Position numbers and translations under genes: made by a program. Below are positions 38,685-48,626 of a stretch of 64,000 nt of DNA, one piece after another. Source of the DNA: Phycisphaerae bacterium (lineage in GTDB: Bacteria > Planctomycetota > Phycisphaerae > UBA1845); contig CAXXGO010000001.1 of assembly GCA_963666835.2 (NCBI GenBank), forward strand, positions 1,216,001 through 1,280,000, written 5' to 3'. The notes under the pieces were generated by a model. It saw only the letters and a program-made list of their open reading frames with translations, made no database searches and had not been told where the DNA came from. Within the stretch, counting starts at the first letter, position 1. Every line of letters starts with the position of its first letter.

Positions 38685-40301
38685 TCAGAATCTATACAGT
38701 ACGTTCACTCCGTATACGATCCGGTCATGCGAGAAGAACTCCTGCCCCGAGTCATCGCGGATACTGGAGTCATCGTTGGTCAGGCTCATCAAGAACCTGG
38801 CCGACAGATGCTCGCTGAACCGCTTTGTGAGGGCGAACACGAACGTGTGAATGAAGTCGCGGCGTTTGGACCGGTCCAGGTCGAACAGACTTCGGTGCCG
38901 GTAGTTTTGAATCTCGAACTCGCTCAGGAAATCGAACGTGAAATCGCCCGGCAGAGGCATACCCGCCTCGAGCGCAAAGATGTGGTTGTCGGTGGCGAAT
39001 TCGGTGCCGTCCGTTCCGACATCCTCGAACCGGTAACTAAGAGCCAGAGTAAGGGGCCGGTTGTAGATTTCCGCCAACTTGAAGCGCTGCACGACTCCGA
39101 ACGCGTGAGTTATTCCATCACGGTCGAGCCGCCAATCGTCCGGTTGATGATAGTAGTTGCGGCAATCAAACTGATAGAACAGCGTGCCGCCGGCCCACTC
39201 CGATTCCCGGATGTCGACTTGAGGAGTCAGCCGGTGCCGTGCGAGGAAACTCCGGCGGTCTACCAGGGCGAAATCCCAGTCGTAACGTACGGAAAGCGTT
39301 AGCCAGTCCGCTTCGGCGGGAGTATGGGCCAAGTAGGCATTGGCCCCGTAGTCCTGTACGTCGAAATCTTCGATCTCCCCATGCCAGGAATTGAACGTAT
39401 TCGCTCCTACCCCGAGAACGAAATCGTCGTTGTCAATCAGACGATAGGTGAAAGCCGAGCTGAGCCCGAAACGCCAATCCACCCCGGTATTCTCGCCGGA
39501 CAGCCGCTGTACGTGGTCCCCGCGGAGAGTCACGTTAGTGTCATAGTCCAACCCCATTTGGAGCGACAACTCCCACGGACGGCGATCGACTATCTGATCG
39601 AGAATGTCCTGACTGCGCCTGCCGATATCCGAATCCGGAGCGAGGTCGACACTTTCCTGCAACGCCTGCCGGGCCGCCTCGCGATTCCGCTGTTGAAGAT
39701 GCACCAACCCGCGATAGAACCGGATATGGGCCTCGATAGATCGGTCGGTGACACCGGAGCGAATGAGGGCTTGCTCGGCACTGTCGAGGTTTTCGATAGC
39801 CTGCGGCAGGTGACCGGGATCATCCAACGCCTGTCGATAATGTGCCACGGCCAGAAACAGATACGGAAGAGGGTCATCCGGGCGCTGCTCCATAAACGCC
39901 TGGAAGCCGGATTCGGCCTCCTCGAATCGCCCCAGGATCACCTGAGCGATTCCCGTGTCCAAATGTGCCAGAATCATCTGCGGATCGCGCAAACGAGACT
40001 GCTCGAACTCGGCCACCGCCCGCTCGAGTAACGCCCGCCGGACCGTGGGTCTTGTGGTTTCCGAAGCTGATTGCAGCAGCGTAAGACCAAGGAAATAGTG
40101 CGACGCGGCGAAGTCGGGATCCTTAGCCAACGCGGCCTCGAAGTGCCGGCGAGCGGCGCTGTAGTCCTCGGCCATGAACGATTCAATACCGCGATTGAGG
40201 GAGACCTCGGCGGCACCGGAATTCTGCGCCAGCGCCGAAGCGCCCGTCGCAACCAGAGCCAACTCGCAACAAAGCACCACCAATGTTCGTCTGAGCACCA
40301 T
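38685..40301 (-). CDS. TPR plus outer-membrane beta-barrel protein (Slam-like architecture)
   Basis: Signal peptide, about 5 TPRs, then GLDYDTNV and alternating beta-strands ending in the aromatic BAM motif YGVNVLYRF; start ATG 40301. Confidence 0.75.
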   Translation of the reverse strand: MVLRRTLVVLCCELALVATGASALAQNSGAAEVSLNRGIESFMAEDYSAARRHFEAALAKDPDFAASHYFLGLTLLQSASETTRPTVRRALLERAVAEFEQSRLRDPQMILAHLDTGIAQVILGRFEEAESGFQAFMEQRPDDPLPYLFLAVAHYRQALDDPGHLPQAIENLDSAEQALIRSGVTDRSIEAHIRFYRGLVHLQQRNREAARQALQESVDLAPDSDIGRRSQDILDQIVDRRPWELSLQMGLDYDTNVTLRGDHVQRLSGENTGVDWRFGLSSAFTYRLIDNDDFVLGVGANTFNSWHGEIEDFDVQDYGANAYLAHTPAEADWLTLSVRYDWDFALVDRRSFLARHRLTPQVDIRESEWAGGTLFYQFDCRNYYHQPDDWRLDRDGITHAFGVVQRFKLAEIYNRPLTLALSYRFEDVGTDGTEFATDNHIFALEAGMPLPGDFTFDFLSEFEIQNYRHRSLFDLDRSKRRDFIHTFVFALTKRFSEHLSARFLMSLTNDDSSIRDDSGQEFFSHDRIVYGVNVLYRF

Positions 40302-40566
40302 GATGTCGTCCTGCGAAGAGGTTGACGGGTGGGCGGAGACCCGCCCGGCCACGCCATTATCAGAAACCCTGCTGGGACGCCGCGACGTATTCTGTTCGTC
40401 GACGTCGCGTTTGGCAAGGGGGCTGCGGATCAGGCGCCCTTGCGCAGTTTGACATTCTGCTTTCTCAGCCCGCATCCTCCTGCGTTTGTGGATGTCAGCT
40501 CGATTGGCCGCGTGTGCCCGGTTGTATCGACGTGCCGCCACCTCTACTATTGTCCTCGGTGTTAAC

Positions 40567-42681
40567 GTGCGGATCATTGAACGAAAACCAAGCCTGATTC
40601 TGATGTGCGGCACGGCGTTGCTGCCGGTAGTCGTTGGAGGATGCGCGTCTCCGGGACACTCGGCCCCGGGTAATCTGCAGCGGGCGGACCAGGCTAGATT
40701 CGAGAGAGTCCGGGCGGATCGCATGCTCCGGGACGGTCGGTTCGATGAAGCCATCCGAGCTTATCTCTCGCTGTTGGAAGAGGTGTCTGACGATACGGCC
40801 GACCCGGCCACCATTCATCTGCATCTGAGCAAAGCGTATTGGGCACGGGCCGGGAGAGTCGCGGAGCAGGATGCCACGGCGGAGACGCTGGCTGCCGATC
40901 AACAGCGTGCGATAGAATCTGCGCGTACGGCCTATTCCGCGTTGCGAGACTCGGTCGAGGAATCGAAGCGGGATCTGCTTGGCCGGGCGGGTCGGACGTT
41001 GGGGGGGTATCTTCATGCCCAAGACCGACTTGACGAGGCAATTGACGTCTTCCGTAGCGTCTTGACCACAAGCGACACCAATGACGTGGGGCGTCTGCGC
41101 ACGCTCTACGAACTCGGAAACGCCTGTCTAGATCGCAGTCGGCGGCGGTCCGACCGCGCCGGCGGCAATGACGATTCGCCCGACGACCTGATTTCGGCTT
41201 TGCGCTACCTGGACGAAGCCCGGGAGATTGCTCGGCGGGTCGAAGATTGTCCGCCTGAGCTGCTGGCTTCGATCTGCAATTCGCTGGGTCTGATTCACAA
41301 CGTCCAGCTTCAGCCGGCCCTTGCGGTCGAGCGCTTCGCTCAGGCGGAGAGTCTGTGCCGTGAGTACGGTTTGACTGCGATTCATGCTGATGTCTTGCAG
41401 AACCTAGTTCTGGCGCTTGTGGAAACGGGTCGTTACACCGAAGCCCGAGAGCGATGCAAACAACTGGAGGAACTGCCTGCGACGGCGAGCGATCCGAGAG
41501 CGATGGTTGCCCTGGGCTTGGCGCTGCTGAAGCTCGGAGACTTGCCGCAGGCCCAAGAGCAGTTCGACCTGGCGCGGCACATCGTCTTGCAAGATCGGGA
41601 TTCCGGGACGGATCCGGACTTCATGGCGCAGTTGGCATGCAACGCTGCCACGGTTGCCCAAGCTATGGGGGCATTCGATGAGGCCGAACGTTACCTGAAG
41701 GATGCTAAGCGCGGAGCCGAAGCCGGTACGGTCGACCCGCGAACGGTCGCGGTGATCCAGGCCAACCTCGGGCGGATGTACCTGACTATCGAGCGTTTGG
41801 ATGAAGCCCAGACGCAGTTAGATGAAGTCCTCGAGACCTTGATTCGTCTGCAGGGTGCCCAGCATCCCGACACCCTCTTGGTACGCTTGGACCTGGCGAA
41901 CCTGGCCCGCGCTCGCGGGTATCTGGTCGAGGCGGAAGAGCAGGGTGAGGCCGCCCTGCGGGGGTTGGCATCCGCCCTCGGCAACGACCATCCCCAGACG
42001 GCTGCCGCTCGGTTGGAACTGGCTACGCTCTATCGCGATGACCGGCGTTGCCCGGAGGCAGTGGCGTTGGCGAATCAGGCCCTTGCCGCCCTGGATGTCC
42101 GGCTTGGCGAGAACCACAAGCTGGCCGTGCTGGCATGTCTGAAGGCGGCGTTGATTGCCGCGGATTGCCGGGAGGAAGGTACGGAGGATTCCGAATTCCG
42201 CCGGTTGCAGGAGGAGGCCGGACGACGCTTTGCACATTTGCGCGATACCTTGGGCTCCAAGAACATTGAAGTTCTGCGCGCGATGGTGTACTTCGCAGAG
42301 GTTTCCGCCAGGACCCCGGCCGCTCACGCCACGGCGTTGGAGCGTTTCCGTGAGGCGGAGGAGGGGTTCCTTGCTTTCTACACCGATGGTGCCAGATCCA
42401 TGGCAGCTCTACGTTTGAAGCAGGGTCGATTATTGGCGAGAATGGGCCGACTTGACGAAGCCATGCGCGTGTGTGACCGGGCGTTGCGGCTCATGAATCG
42501 CGACCTCCATCAACAACCCATCCACGCGGAGCTTCTTGCGGTCCTAGGTGACATTCACGAGTCCGCCGGTCGCCACGACCAAGCGATAGAACGCTGGCGC
42601 GAAGCGCTGGGGATCCTGACCGCTGCGTACGGTCCGGACCACCCGCGCGTCCTGAAGTTCCGCGAGCAGCGCGTTCCGTAG
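40567..42681 (+). CDS. TPR-repeat lipoprotein (kinesin-light-chain-like repeats)
   Basis: VVGGC lipobox; repeats G.QHPDT / GNDHPQT / GENH / GPDHP. Confidence 0.75.
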   Translation: MRIIERKPSLILMCGTALLPVVVGGCASPGHSAPGNLQRADQARFERVRADRMLRDGRFDEAIRAYLSLLEEVSDDTADPATIHLHLSKAYWARAGRVAEQDATAETLAADQQRAIESARTAYSALRDSVEESKRDLLGRAGRTLGGYLHAQDRLDEAIDVFRSVLTTSDTNDVGRLRTLYELGNACLDRSRRRSDRAGGNDDSPDDLISALRYLDEAREIARRVEDCPPELLASICNSLGLIHNVQLQPALAVERFAQAESLCREYGLTAIHADVLQNLVLALVETGRYTEARERCKQLEELPATASDPRAMVALGLALLKLGDLPQAQEQFDLARHIVLQDRDSGTDPDFMAQLACNAATVAQAMGAFDEAERYLKDAKRGAEAGTVDPRTVAVIQANLGRMYLTIERLDEAQTQLDEVLETLIRLQGAQHPDTLLVRLDLANLARARGYLVEAEEQGEAALRGLASALGNDHPQTAAARLELATLYRDDRRCPEAVALANQALAALDVRLGENHKLAVLACLKAALIAADCREEGTEDSEFRRLQEEAGRRFAHLRDTLGSKNIEVLRAMVYFAEVSARTPAAHATALERFREAEEGFLAFYTDGARSMAALRLKQGRLLARMGRLDEAMRVCDRALRLMNRDLHQQPIHAELLAVLGDIHESAGRHDQAIERWREALGILTAAYGPDHPRVLKFREQRVP

Positions 42682-42793
42682 ATCGAAGGGAATGTCGAGA
42701 TTGGAAACCACGGGGTCTCGCAGGCATCTCGTGGACCGTTGCAGCCATCCTGGGAATAGGACACTCCGATGCGGTATCTCGCCAGCCTGTCCC

Positions 42794-45592
42794 TCACTCA
42801 CCATCTATGCGGCGTTGATTCTCTCGTTGGAGTTTCCGGAGTTCTTCGGCGATTTCCGGATTGCCCAGGTCGGGGTACAGGTACTTCTGTTGTTCGATTA
42901 CCTTTATTATTCCGTGGGGGGGATGGTTTAGCGCCGTGCGGCATTGCAGGTCACGCAGAAGAGCCTGCCAGCGGATCGGGTCATTTGCCGGGAGCTGCGT
43001 GGCCACCTCCGCGAAACCGGGCAGGGCGGCAGCGAAGTCGCCCAACTGATACTGAGTTTCCGAATACCCCAGCACCACGCGCAAGTCATCCGGCTGCTTC
43101 GTCGTGGCTTCGGCGGCCGTGGGGCCCCGCAGTTTGCCGAACAGCTTGGCGGCTTCAGCGTATTGACCGGCGGCTAGATGCGCTTCGGCCAGTTGCACCG
43201 CCCACGCCCGGTGTTCTGCAGCGGGAGTGTCGGACGCATAACGATCCGACCAGGCGACAATTTGCTGGGCCAGCAGCAACGCGACTTTCGCCTTCTGGAG
43301 TGACGCCTCGGAGACATTGCGGCGCTCGATCCGCTCGGCGTCGGCGGCCAGCGTGGCGTACAGTTTCTGCAAGGTCGGGCCGGCGTTCTCCGGGTCTGCG
43401 GCTACGAATTCGGGAATGGCCCGCTCCGCTTCCTCCAATCGCCCGAGCCGTTCGTAAGCCAGAAGACGAACCCGCCAAACCCGCGCAAGCAGACCGGCCT
43501 TCGGCGAATCGGTCGTTTCGAAGTCGCGCAGAGTATCCAACGCCGCCACCGCCCGATCCATCTCGGGAATAACCTGTACTTCAGCCGCAAGCACTTTGGC
43601 CTGTCCCCGAAGCTTCCGTAAGAGGGCGGCGCGTTCGGGCTCCGGTGATGCTCCGAGAACATCGCCGGCCAGCGAGATGAAGCGACGTTGGGCCTTGAAG
43701 AACTCCTCGCCTTTGCGGCGAAGAACTAACAGGTCTTCGGTAGACTCGGTGCGGTGCTGCTGCAATGCCGACGCGAGGCATTTCACCCGGGCGAAGGTGC
43801 CCTCGACGTAGTGCTCATGCTCTTTGTGAACGAGGGCGTATTGCTCAGCGGCGGACTCGTGTTCACCAAGTTCATCAAGCAGTTGCGCATAGTAAAACCG
43901 CCAGTACTCTGCCGCTGCGGTGTCAGTGAAGCCCTCGATCAAAGCCCGCAGCGCGTTCCGATAGAGCTGCTGCGCCTCCGGGTGATCACGCAGGGATGAG
44001 TCATTATAGAGGTCTGCGGCCAACTGCACCGCATAGACCGCCGCCTGCTCGGAGCCCTCCCAAGTGGGGCAGTCCCGCACTACTTTGAGAAACCATCGCG
44101 CCGCTTCCACCATTCGACCGCGACGAAACTCCGCAACCGCTACGTTAAACAGGACTTCGGCAGTCAACGTCCGCCCGCGTCCCGTGACCGTGGCCAGAAA
44201 CCCCTTTCCCACCTCGACCACCTGCGCCAACCGCGGATCGTCCGGAGCGGCCGTCTCACCGGCGTCGAAGAGCAGACCGGCGATAAGCGCCATTCGATCG
44301 AACGAATCCATCTGATTGACATCGGCATCCGCCCCGTTGATCTGATAGACCGTTGCGTAGATCTCGTCCCGATGGTCCGGGCAGCGGTTTGCAAGTTGTG
44401 CCAACGCCTGCCAGGCGTCTTCACGGTATTGCCTGGCGTCGGCGGTTCGTCCGGCGCGCTCGGCCTGTTCTGCCCGGCTGCGGAGGATTGACCGCTCGGT
44501 CAAAGCCGCGACCAGCGACATTCCGAAGTCGTCCTTCGCATCGGCTCGGGTCGCCCGGCGGAACCGTTCAAGGCCGGCGAGCGCCGCGTCGAACTGCCCG
44601 TCGTCCCGCTCGTTACGGATACCCTCTACGTGAGCCAGCGTGACGGCCCACCGAACCGCCGCGCGGTCCTTGCGGCTGAGTCGCTCCGCGACCAGCAGAG
44701 CCCGACCGAGGTGGTGCCGCGCCGCCGTATGGTCGTTCAGCAGCCGTTCAGTCAGCCCGGCCAGGACCAGTACCTGCACCTGAACATGGCTGACGTCGTG
44801 CGGGACCTCAAGCAGCGTGGGGTTAGCGGTCAGGTAGGTCCGGATCTGATTGAGCCGGCGCACGCGGATCCGATCGGCTTCGTCGCGGGGCAGGGAGTCA
44901 TAGAGCCGAGCCCATTGCATCAGATACTCCGCCTGCGGGCCGAGCCGGTCGATCCGTTCAACGTACCCCGTGCGTTCAAGCTGCTCGAACTGCGGGATGG
45001 GCAGCGCGTCTATGCGGTTGTACTCCGCCTCCAGCTCTGCAAGCAGCGTGTTGAGAACGGTCAGGGCATGCTCGGTCAACGCGGTTAGCCGGCTGCGTTC
45101 GTTTGGATCGCCGCCGCGATACAAGGCGCTCGTAATCAACGGCTCCGCTTCATCATACAGCAGGGAGTATGCCAGCCGATACTGCCAGTCGTAACGTCGT
45201 TCGTCATTGGCGTGACTTTCGATGAGCCGTTCGAGGATCCGGTTTCCTTCGGTAATAGCGGCGCGGCGCTGGGACTCAGGCCGGTTCGGATCCGCCGACT
45301 CCGCCAAGCGGATCTCACGCTGCATCAGCAGAGCTTCCACCTCGCCGCTGGGGGGGAAGTCGAGCAGATGCCGTTCGAGCAACTCGGTCAGCCCCCGCTT
45401 TTTGAGCCCTTCCCGGAACACCTTACGATTGAGCCGTTTCTCCTCCGCCGGTGGGGCCGGACGGTCCCTGTCCGCATCGGCCGATGCGCTTGCGTTCATC
45501 ATGAAAGCCAGCAAGAGCGCGCCGGTCAGCAACGGAATGGGCCGTATGATGGCCCGGTGGGCGATAGCAACTGGGTCGATTGGCTTCGGCAT
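42794..45592 (-). CDS. Large exported TPR/alpha-solenoid protein
   Basis: Signal (ASA), all-helical with TPR-like motifs; last gene of the ExbBD operon. Confidence 0.7.
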   Translation of the reverse strand: MPKPIDPVAIAHRAIIRPIPLLTGALLLAFMMNASASADADRDRPAPPAEEKRLNRKVFREGLKKRGLTELLERHLLDFPPSGEVEALLMQREIRLAESADPNRPESQRRAAITEGNRILERLIESHANDERRYDWQYRLAYSLLYDEAEPLITSALYRGGDPNERSRLTALTEHALTVLNTLLAELEAEYNRIDALPIPQFEQLERTGYVERIDRLGPQAEYLMQWARLYDSLPRDEADRIRVRRLNQIRTYLTANPTLLEVPHDVSHVQVQVLVLAGLTERLLNDHTAARHHLGRALLVAERLSRKDRAAVRWAVTLAHVEGIRNERDDGQFDAALAGLERFRRATRADAKDDFGMSLVAALTERSILRSRAEQAERAGRTADARQYREDAWQALAQLANRCPDHRDEIYATVYQINGADADVNQMDSFDRMALIAGLLFDAGETAAPDDPRLAQVVEVGKGFLATVTGRGRTLTAEVLFNVAVAEFRRGRMVEAARWFLKVVRDCPTWEGSEQAAVYAVQLAADLYNDSSLRDHPEAQQLYRNALRALIEGFTDTAAAEYWRFYYAQLLDELGEHESAAEQYALVHKEHEHYVEGTFARVKCLASALQQHRTESTEDLLVLRRKGEEFFKAQRRFISLAGDVLGASPEPERAALLRKLRGQAKVLAAEVQVIPEMDRAVAALDTLRDFETTDSPKAGLLARVWRVRLLAYERLGRLEEAERAIPEFVAADPENAGPTLQKLYATLAADAERIERRNVSEASLQKAKVALLLAQQIVAWSDRYASDTPAAEHRAWAVQLAEAHLAAGQYAEAAKLFGKLRGPTAAEATTKQPDDLRVVLGYSETQYQLGDFAAALPGFAEVATQLPANDPIRWQALLRDLQCRTALNHPPHGIIKVIEQQKYLYPDLGNPEIAEELRKLQRENQRRIDGE

Positions 45593-45602
45593 AAGGGTGG
45601 GC

Positions 45603-46118
45603 TCAGGATTCTCCGAAGACAATACTCTCGCAGCCGGCGCGCAATGCGGCGTTCCAACAACCCACGACATGATCCCACGGGACGTCGTCCTCCGATACGA
45701 CGACGACGGGAGTCTCCGCATCGAATCCGGGCTGTTGGTGGATCTGGCGGAGAACATCGGTTAGTTGTCCGAAATCCGTGGGCCGGTTATCGAAGTGGTC
45801 TATCCGGATGCGATAGTCATCGTGTTCCAGACCGACTCGGTCCAGCCGCACCACGATTGGGCTGAGTGGCAGGGCGACGGACGGAGCCTTGGAATCCTGC
45901 GGCATCTGCGAAGCCAGGATCCCCTCGGCCCGCTCAAACGTCGTGGTTACCAGAAAGAAGATCAACAGGAGGAACGTCACGTCGATCATCGGTGCGAAGT
46001 TGACGGCGATCGGAACGCCCCGGGGCTCGTAGCGCCGGCGAACTCGCTGCGAGTGAACGGCGTGATCCGGATCCTTGCGTTCGGTCTCGTTCACACCGGA
46101 GTATTGTGTCGGGCTCAT
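45603..46118 (-). CDS. exbD: ExbD/TolR family protein
   Basis: NFAPMIDVTFLLLIFFLVTTTF. Confidence 0.9.
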   Translation of the reverse strand: MSPTQYSGVNETERKDPDHAVHSQRVRRRYEPRGVPIAVNFAPMIDVTFLLLIFFLVTTTFERAEGILASQMPQDSKAPSVALPLSPIVVRLDRVGLEHDDYRIRIDHFDNRPTDFGQLTDVLRQIHQQPGFDAETPVVVVSEDDVPWDHVVGCWNAALRAGCESIVFGES

Positions 46119-46119
46119 G

Positions 46120-46575
46120 TCACTCATCCTCCCCGACATGAGCCACCACATTGAGCATCTCGATTCCGCTCCGGGCGATCACCCGCATGACTACGCGCAC
46201 GTCGGAATAGGGCAGGCGGCGATCCGCCCGCACCACGACCTTCAGCTCGGGAGACTGCTGCTTCATCGAGATCAACCGTTCGGCAATGGTGGCCAGGGAT
46301 TCCGGCTGGTTCGGCCCGATGCTGTACAAAACCGCTCCGGATGTCGGATCGCTCGGGTCCGCGGGGCGGCAGTTTACCACGACGCGCTCGGGCATTCGCG
46401 TTACTTGCGCCCGGCTGTCCTCGGGTTTGGGGAGCTCCATCGCGACCTGCTCGGCTGAAGAGAAGCGGCTGACCAACATGAAGAAGATCGTGAGCAGAAA
46501 GATCACGTCCACCATGGGGGTGGCATTGAAGCCCAAAGTACGCGGGCGTCGATGATGGTAGCTCTCGCGACGCAT
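46120..46575 (-). CDS. exbD: ExbD/TolR family protein
   Basis: NATPMVDVIFLLTIFFML, VVVRADRRLPY. Confidence 0.9.
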   Translation of the reverse strand: MRRESYHHRRPRTLGFNATPMVDVIFLLTIFFMLVSRFSSAEQVAMELPKPEDSRAQVTRMPERVVVNCRPADPSDPTSGAVLYSIGPNQPESLATIAERLISMKQQSPELKVVVRADRRLPYSDVRVVMRVIARSGIEMLNVVAHVGEDE

Positions 46576-47354
46576 CAGGCTTCCCTTGGAGCGCTCTTGC
46601 CGGGATTGCGCGTCTGGGCGGTTGCCCCCGGTTTGAAGACGGCCAGAATGTGCTCCGCCGCCAGCGCACATTCGGCGGTCAGCACGTCGATACGATTGCG
46701 GAAGATGGCGTAGATGCTCAGAGCGGGAATCGCCACGGCCAGCCCCCAGAACGTTGTGATAAGAGCGACCGCAATGCGATCGGCGACAATCCGTGCTCCG
46801 GGAAAAGCGTCCGCGGCGTGGATTTGCGCGAACAGCAGGATCATACCGGTGACGGTCCCGAGAAGCCCGATCATCGGCGAGACATTCCCGATGATGTTGA
46901 CGTATTCGATTTTGCGGAACAGCCGTGCCGAGTGCTCGTCCAGGGTCTCCTCCAGAGCTCGCTGCATCGCCGAATATCCGTTCGAAGCTTCGATCAGCCC
47001 GGCGTTGAGCACTTGTCCGACCATACTGGGGTCTTCCGCCGTGAACTTGATCGCCTCGAGATACTCCTTCTTGTCGATAAGCTGCCGGGTCTGCTCGGCC
47101 ACCATTGGCGGCACCATCGTAAGCCGGCGAATCGTGAGGCAGTGTTCGATCGTCAGGGCGATGGTCACGATCGAAAGCGCGATCAACCCGAAGCCGATGT
47201 ACCCGCCCTTGACTACGAAGAAGTCGAAGTACTTGATGTCGTCCGCTGCCGCGGTGGGGTCGGTCGGCCCGTTAGTTTGCGCCACTGCGGGCAAGCCCAC
47301 CATCATCAGCGTGATCACGGCCAGGAAGCCCAGTAGGTAGATTACACGTAGCAA
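46575..47354 (-). CDS. exbB: MotA/TolQ/ExbB proton channel protein
   Basis: SPMIGLLGTVTGMI, IAVALITTFWGLAVAIPA. Confidence 0.92.
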   Translation of the reverse strand: MLRVIYLLGFLAVITLMMVGLPAVAQTNGPTDPTAAADDIKYFDFFVVKGGYIGFGLIALSIVTIALTIEHCLTIRRLTMVPPMVAEQTRQLIDKKEYLEAIKFTAEDPSMVGQVLNAGLIEASNGYSAMQRALEETLDEHSARLFRKIEYVNIIGNVSPMIGLLGTVTGMILLFAQIHAADAFPGARIVADRIAVALITTFWGLAVAIPALSIYAIFRNRIDVLTAECALAAEHILAVFKPGATAQTRNPGKSAPREA

Positions 47355-47414
47355 AACGATGTCCTCCCGTTTTCGGCGGGACCGTTGTGGTCCAATCGCC
47401 GAAGGTTACCAAAC

Positions 47415-48611
47415 TCAATCCGTCCGCGCCTCGTGCAGTCGCTGCCGGGCCTCCTCGGCCGCCAGCCGGGTTTCCTCCTGCAGATGCGCGTGTTGCAGGC
47501 ACTCGTCAAGTAACTCAAACGCCTTTCTGCGGTTGCCCAGACGACCAAGCACCTGAGCCGCTCCGACTAGCCCCTCGGCCGCCCGGGGATCATCCGGAAA
47601 GTGGATGGCCACCCGCATGAAAGGCCAGCTTGCTCGGATCAGATCCTCTCTAGTCGACGCGGCCTTCAGAAGCAACCGCCCTTTGAGCAAAAGGAAGCTG
47701 GGCAGCGCCGCCGCCGGACAGTGTCGAATCGCCTGGTCCAAAGCGGCCTGAGCCTCGGGTGCGAAGCCCTCGGCAGTACTCTGCTCGAGGGCGGCAAGCT
47801 GTATCTCATACGCCCGCGCCGAACCTTGTGACTCGGGTATGGCAATTGCGGCGATGCGCGCCGCTGCATTCAAGGCCCCCGGCATTTCAGCCGAGCGAAG
47901 CAGTTCATAACGCAACAACTCGAGCGGCAAGAGCTGGTCGGCCGATGAGGTTTCCGCAATCGCCCCGTCCAGATGCTCGACGGCGCGGTTGACCTTAGCA
48001 CTCTGGACCCGAGGCAGCTTGCGCGGAAGAAGCCGAACTGCCGCGGACGGACCGGACCGTTCGCTTCGCACCAGACGAACGAACGTGAGCGTTGCCTGGT
48101 CGATTCGCTCCGCCCGATCACAGGCCGTCAGCAAACGGGCGGTAATGAGATCCGTCCAAAACCCCTCACTTAATCGCAAAGTGCGTCGGTACCGCACGAT
48201 AGCCTGTTCGGCGTTCCCCTCGGCCAGATACCGCTCGGCCTGATTGAAGTCTGCGAACATCCCCCCGCGATCGACAACCACCAGATCGACATCGCTGATC
48301 CACGCGGACTTCAGCTCGTCCATGGACGGGCGAAACACGAGCTTCCCGCCTTCGAATGCCGACACAACCGCCCCCCGGTAGTTGGTTCCACGGACGATCA
48401 CCTGATCGCCCCGGGCATGCGCGCTCGGAAGAAACAGCACTAACCCGACCAGCAACACCGCAGCCACCGCCACCTTGCTGTTCGGGAATACGCCGTGGGT
48501 GTTTCGCCCAATAGCCCAGGGTCGCCGCGAACCGGCTGCCACAGGATCACGGTCCGAGGGTAAGACGGCCCCAACGGGGTTACGCCTGGCTGATGACATC
48601 CTATGCCTCAA
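47415..48611 (-). CDS. Exported TPR protein
   Basis: Hydrophobic signal; C-terminal FMRVAIHFPDDPRAAEGL TPR-like motif; start uncertain. Confidence 0.7.
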   Translation of the reverse strand: MRHRMSSARRNPVGAVLPSDRDPVAAGSRRPWAIGRNTHGVFPNSKVAVAAVLLVGLVLFLPSAHARGDQVIVRGTNYRGAVVSAFEGGKLVFRPSMDELKSAWISDVDLVVVDRGGMFADFNQAERYLAEGNAEQAIVRYRRTLRLSEGFWTDLITARLLTACDRAERIDQATLTFVRLVRSERSGPSAAVRLLPRKLPRVQSAKVNRAVEHLDGAIAETSSADQLLPLELLRYELLRSAEMPGALNAAARIAAIAIPESQGSARAYEIQLAALEQSTAEGFAPEAQAALDQAIRHCPAAALPSFLLLKGRLLLKAASTREDLIRASWPFMRVAIHFPDDPRAAEGLVGAAQVLGRLGNRRKAFELLDECLQHAHLQEETRLAAEEARQRLHEARTD

Positions 48612-48626
48612 TTGCGGTCACCTCGT

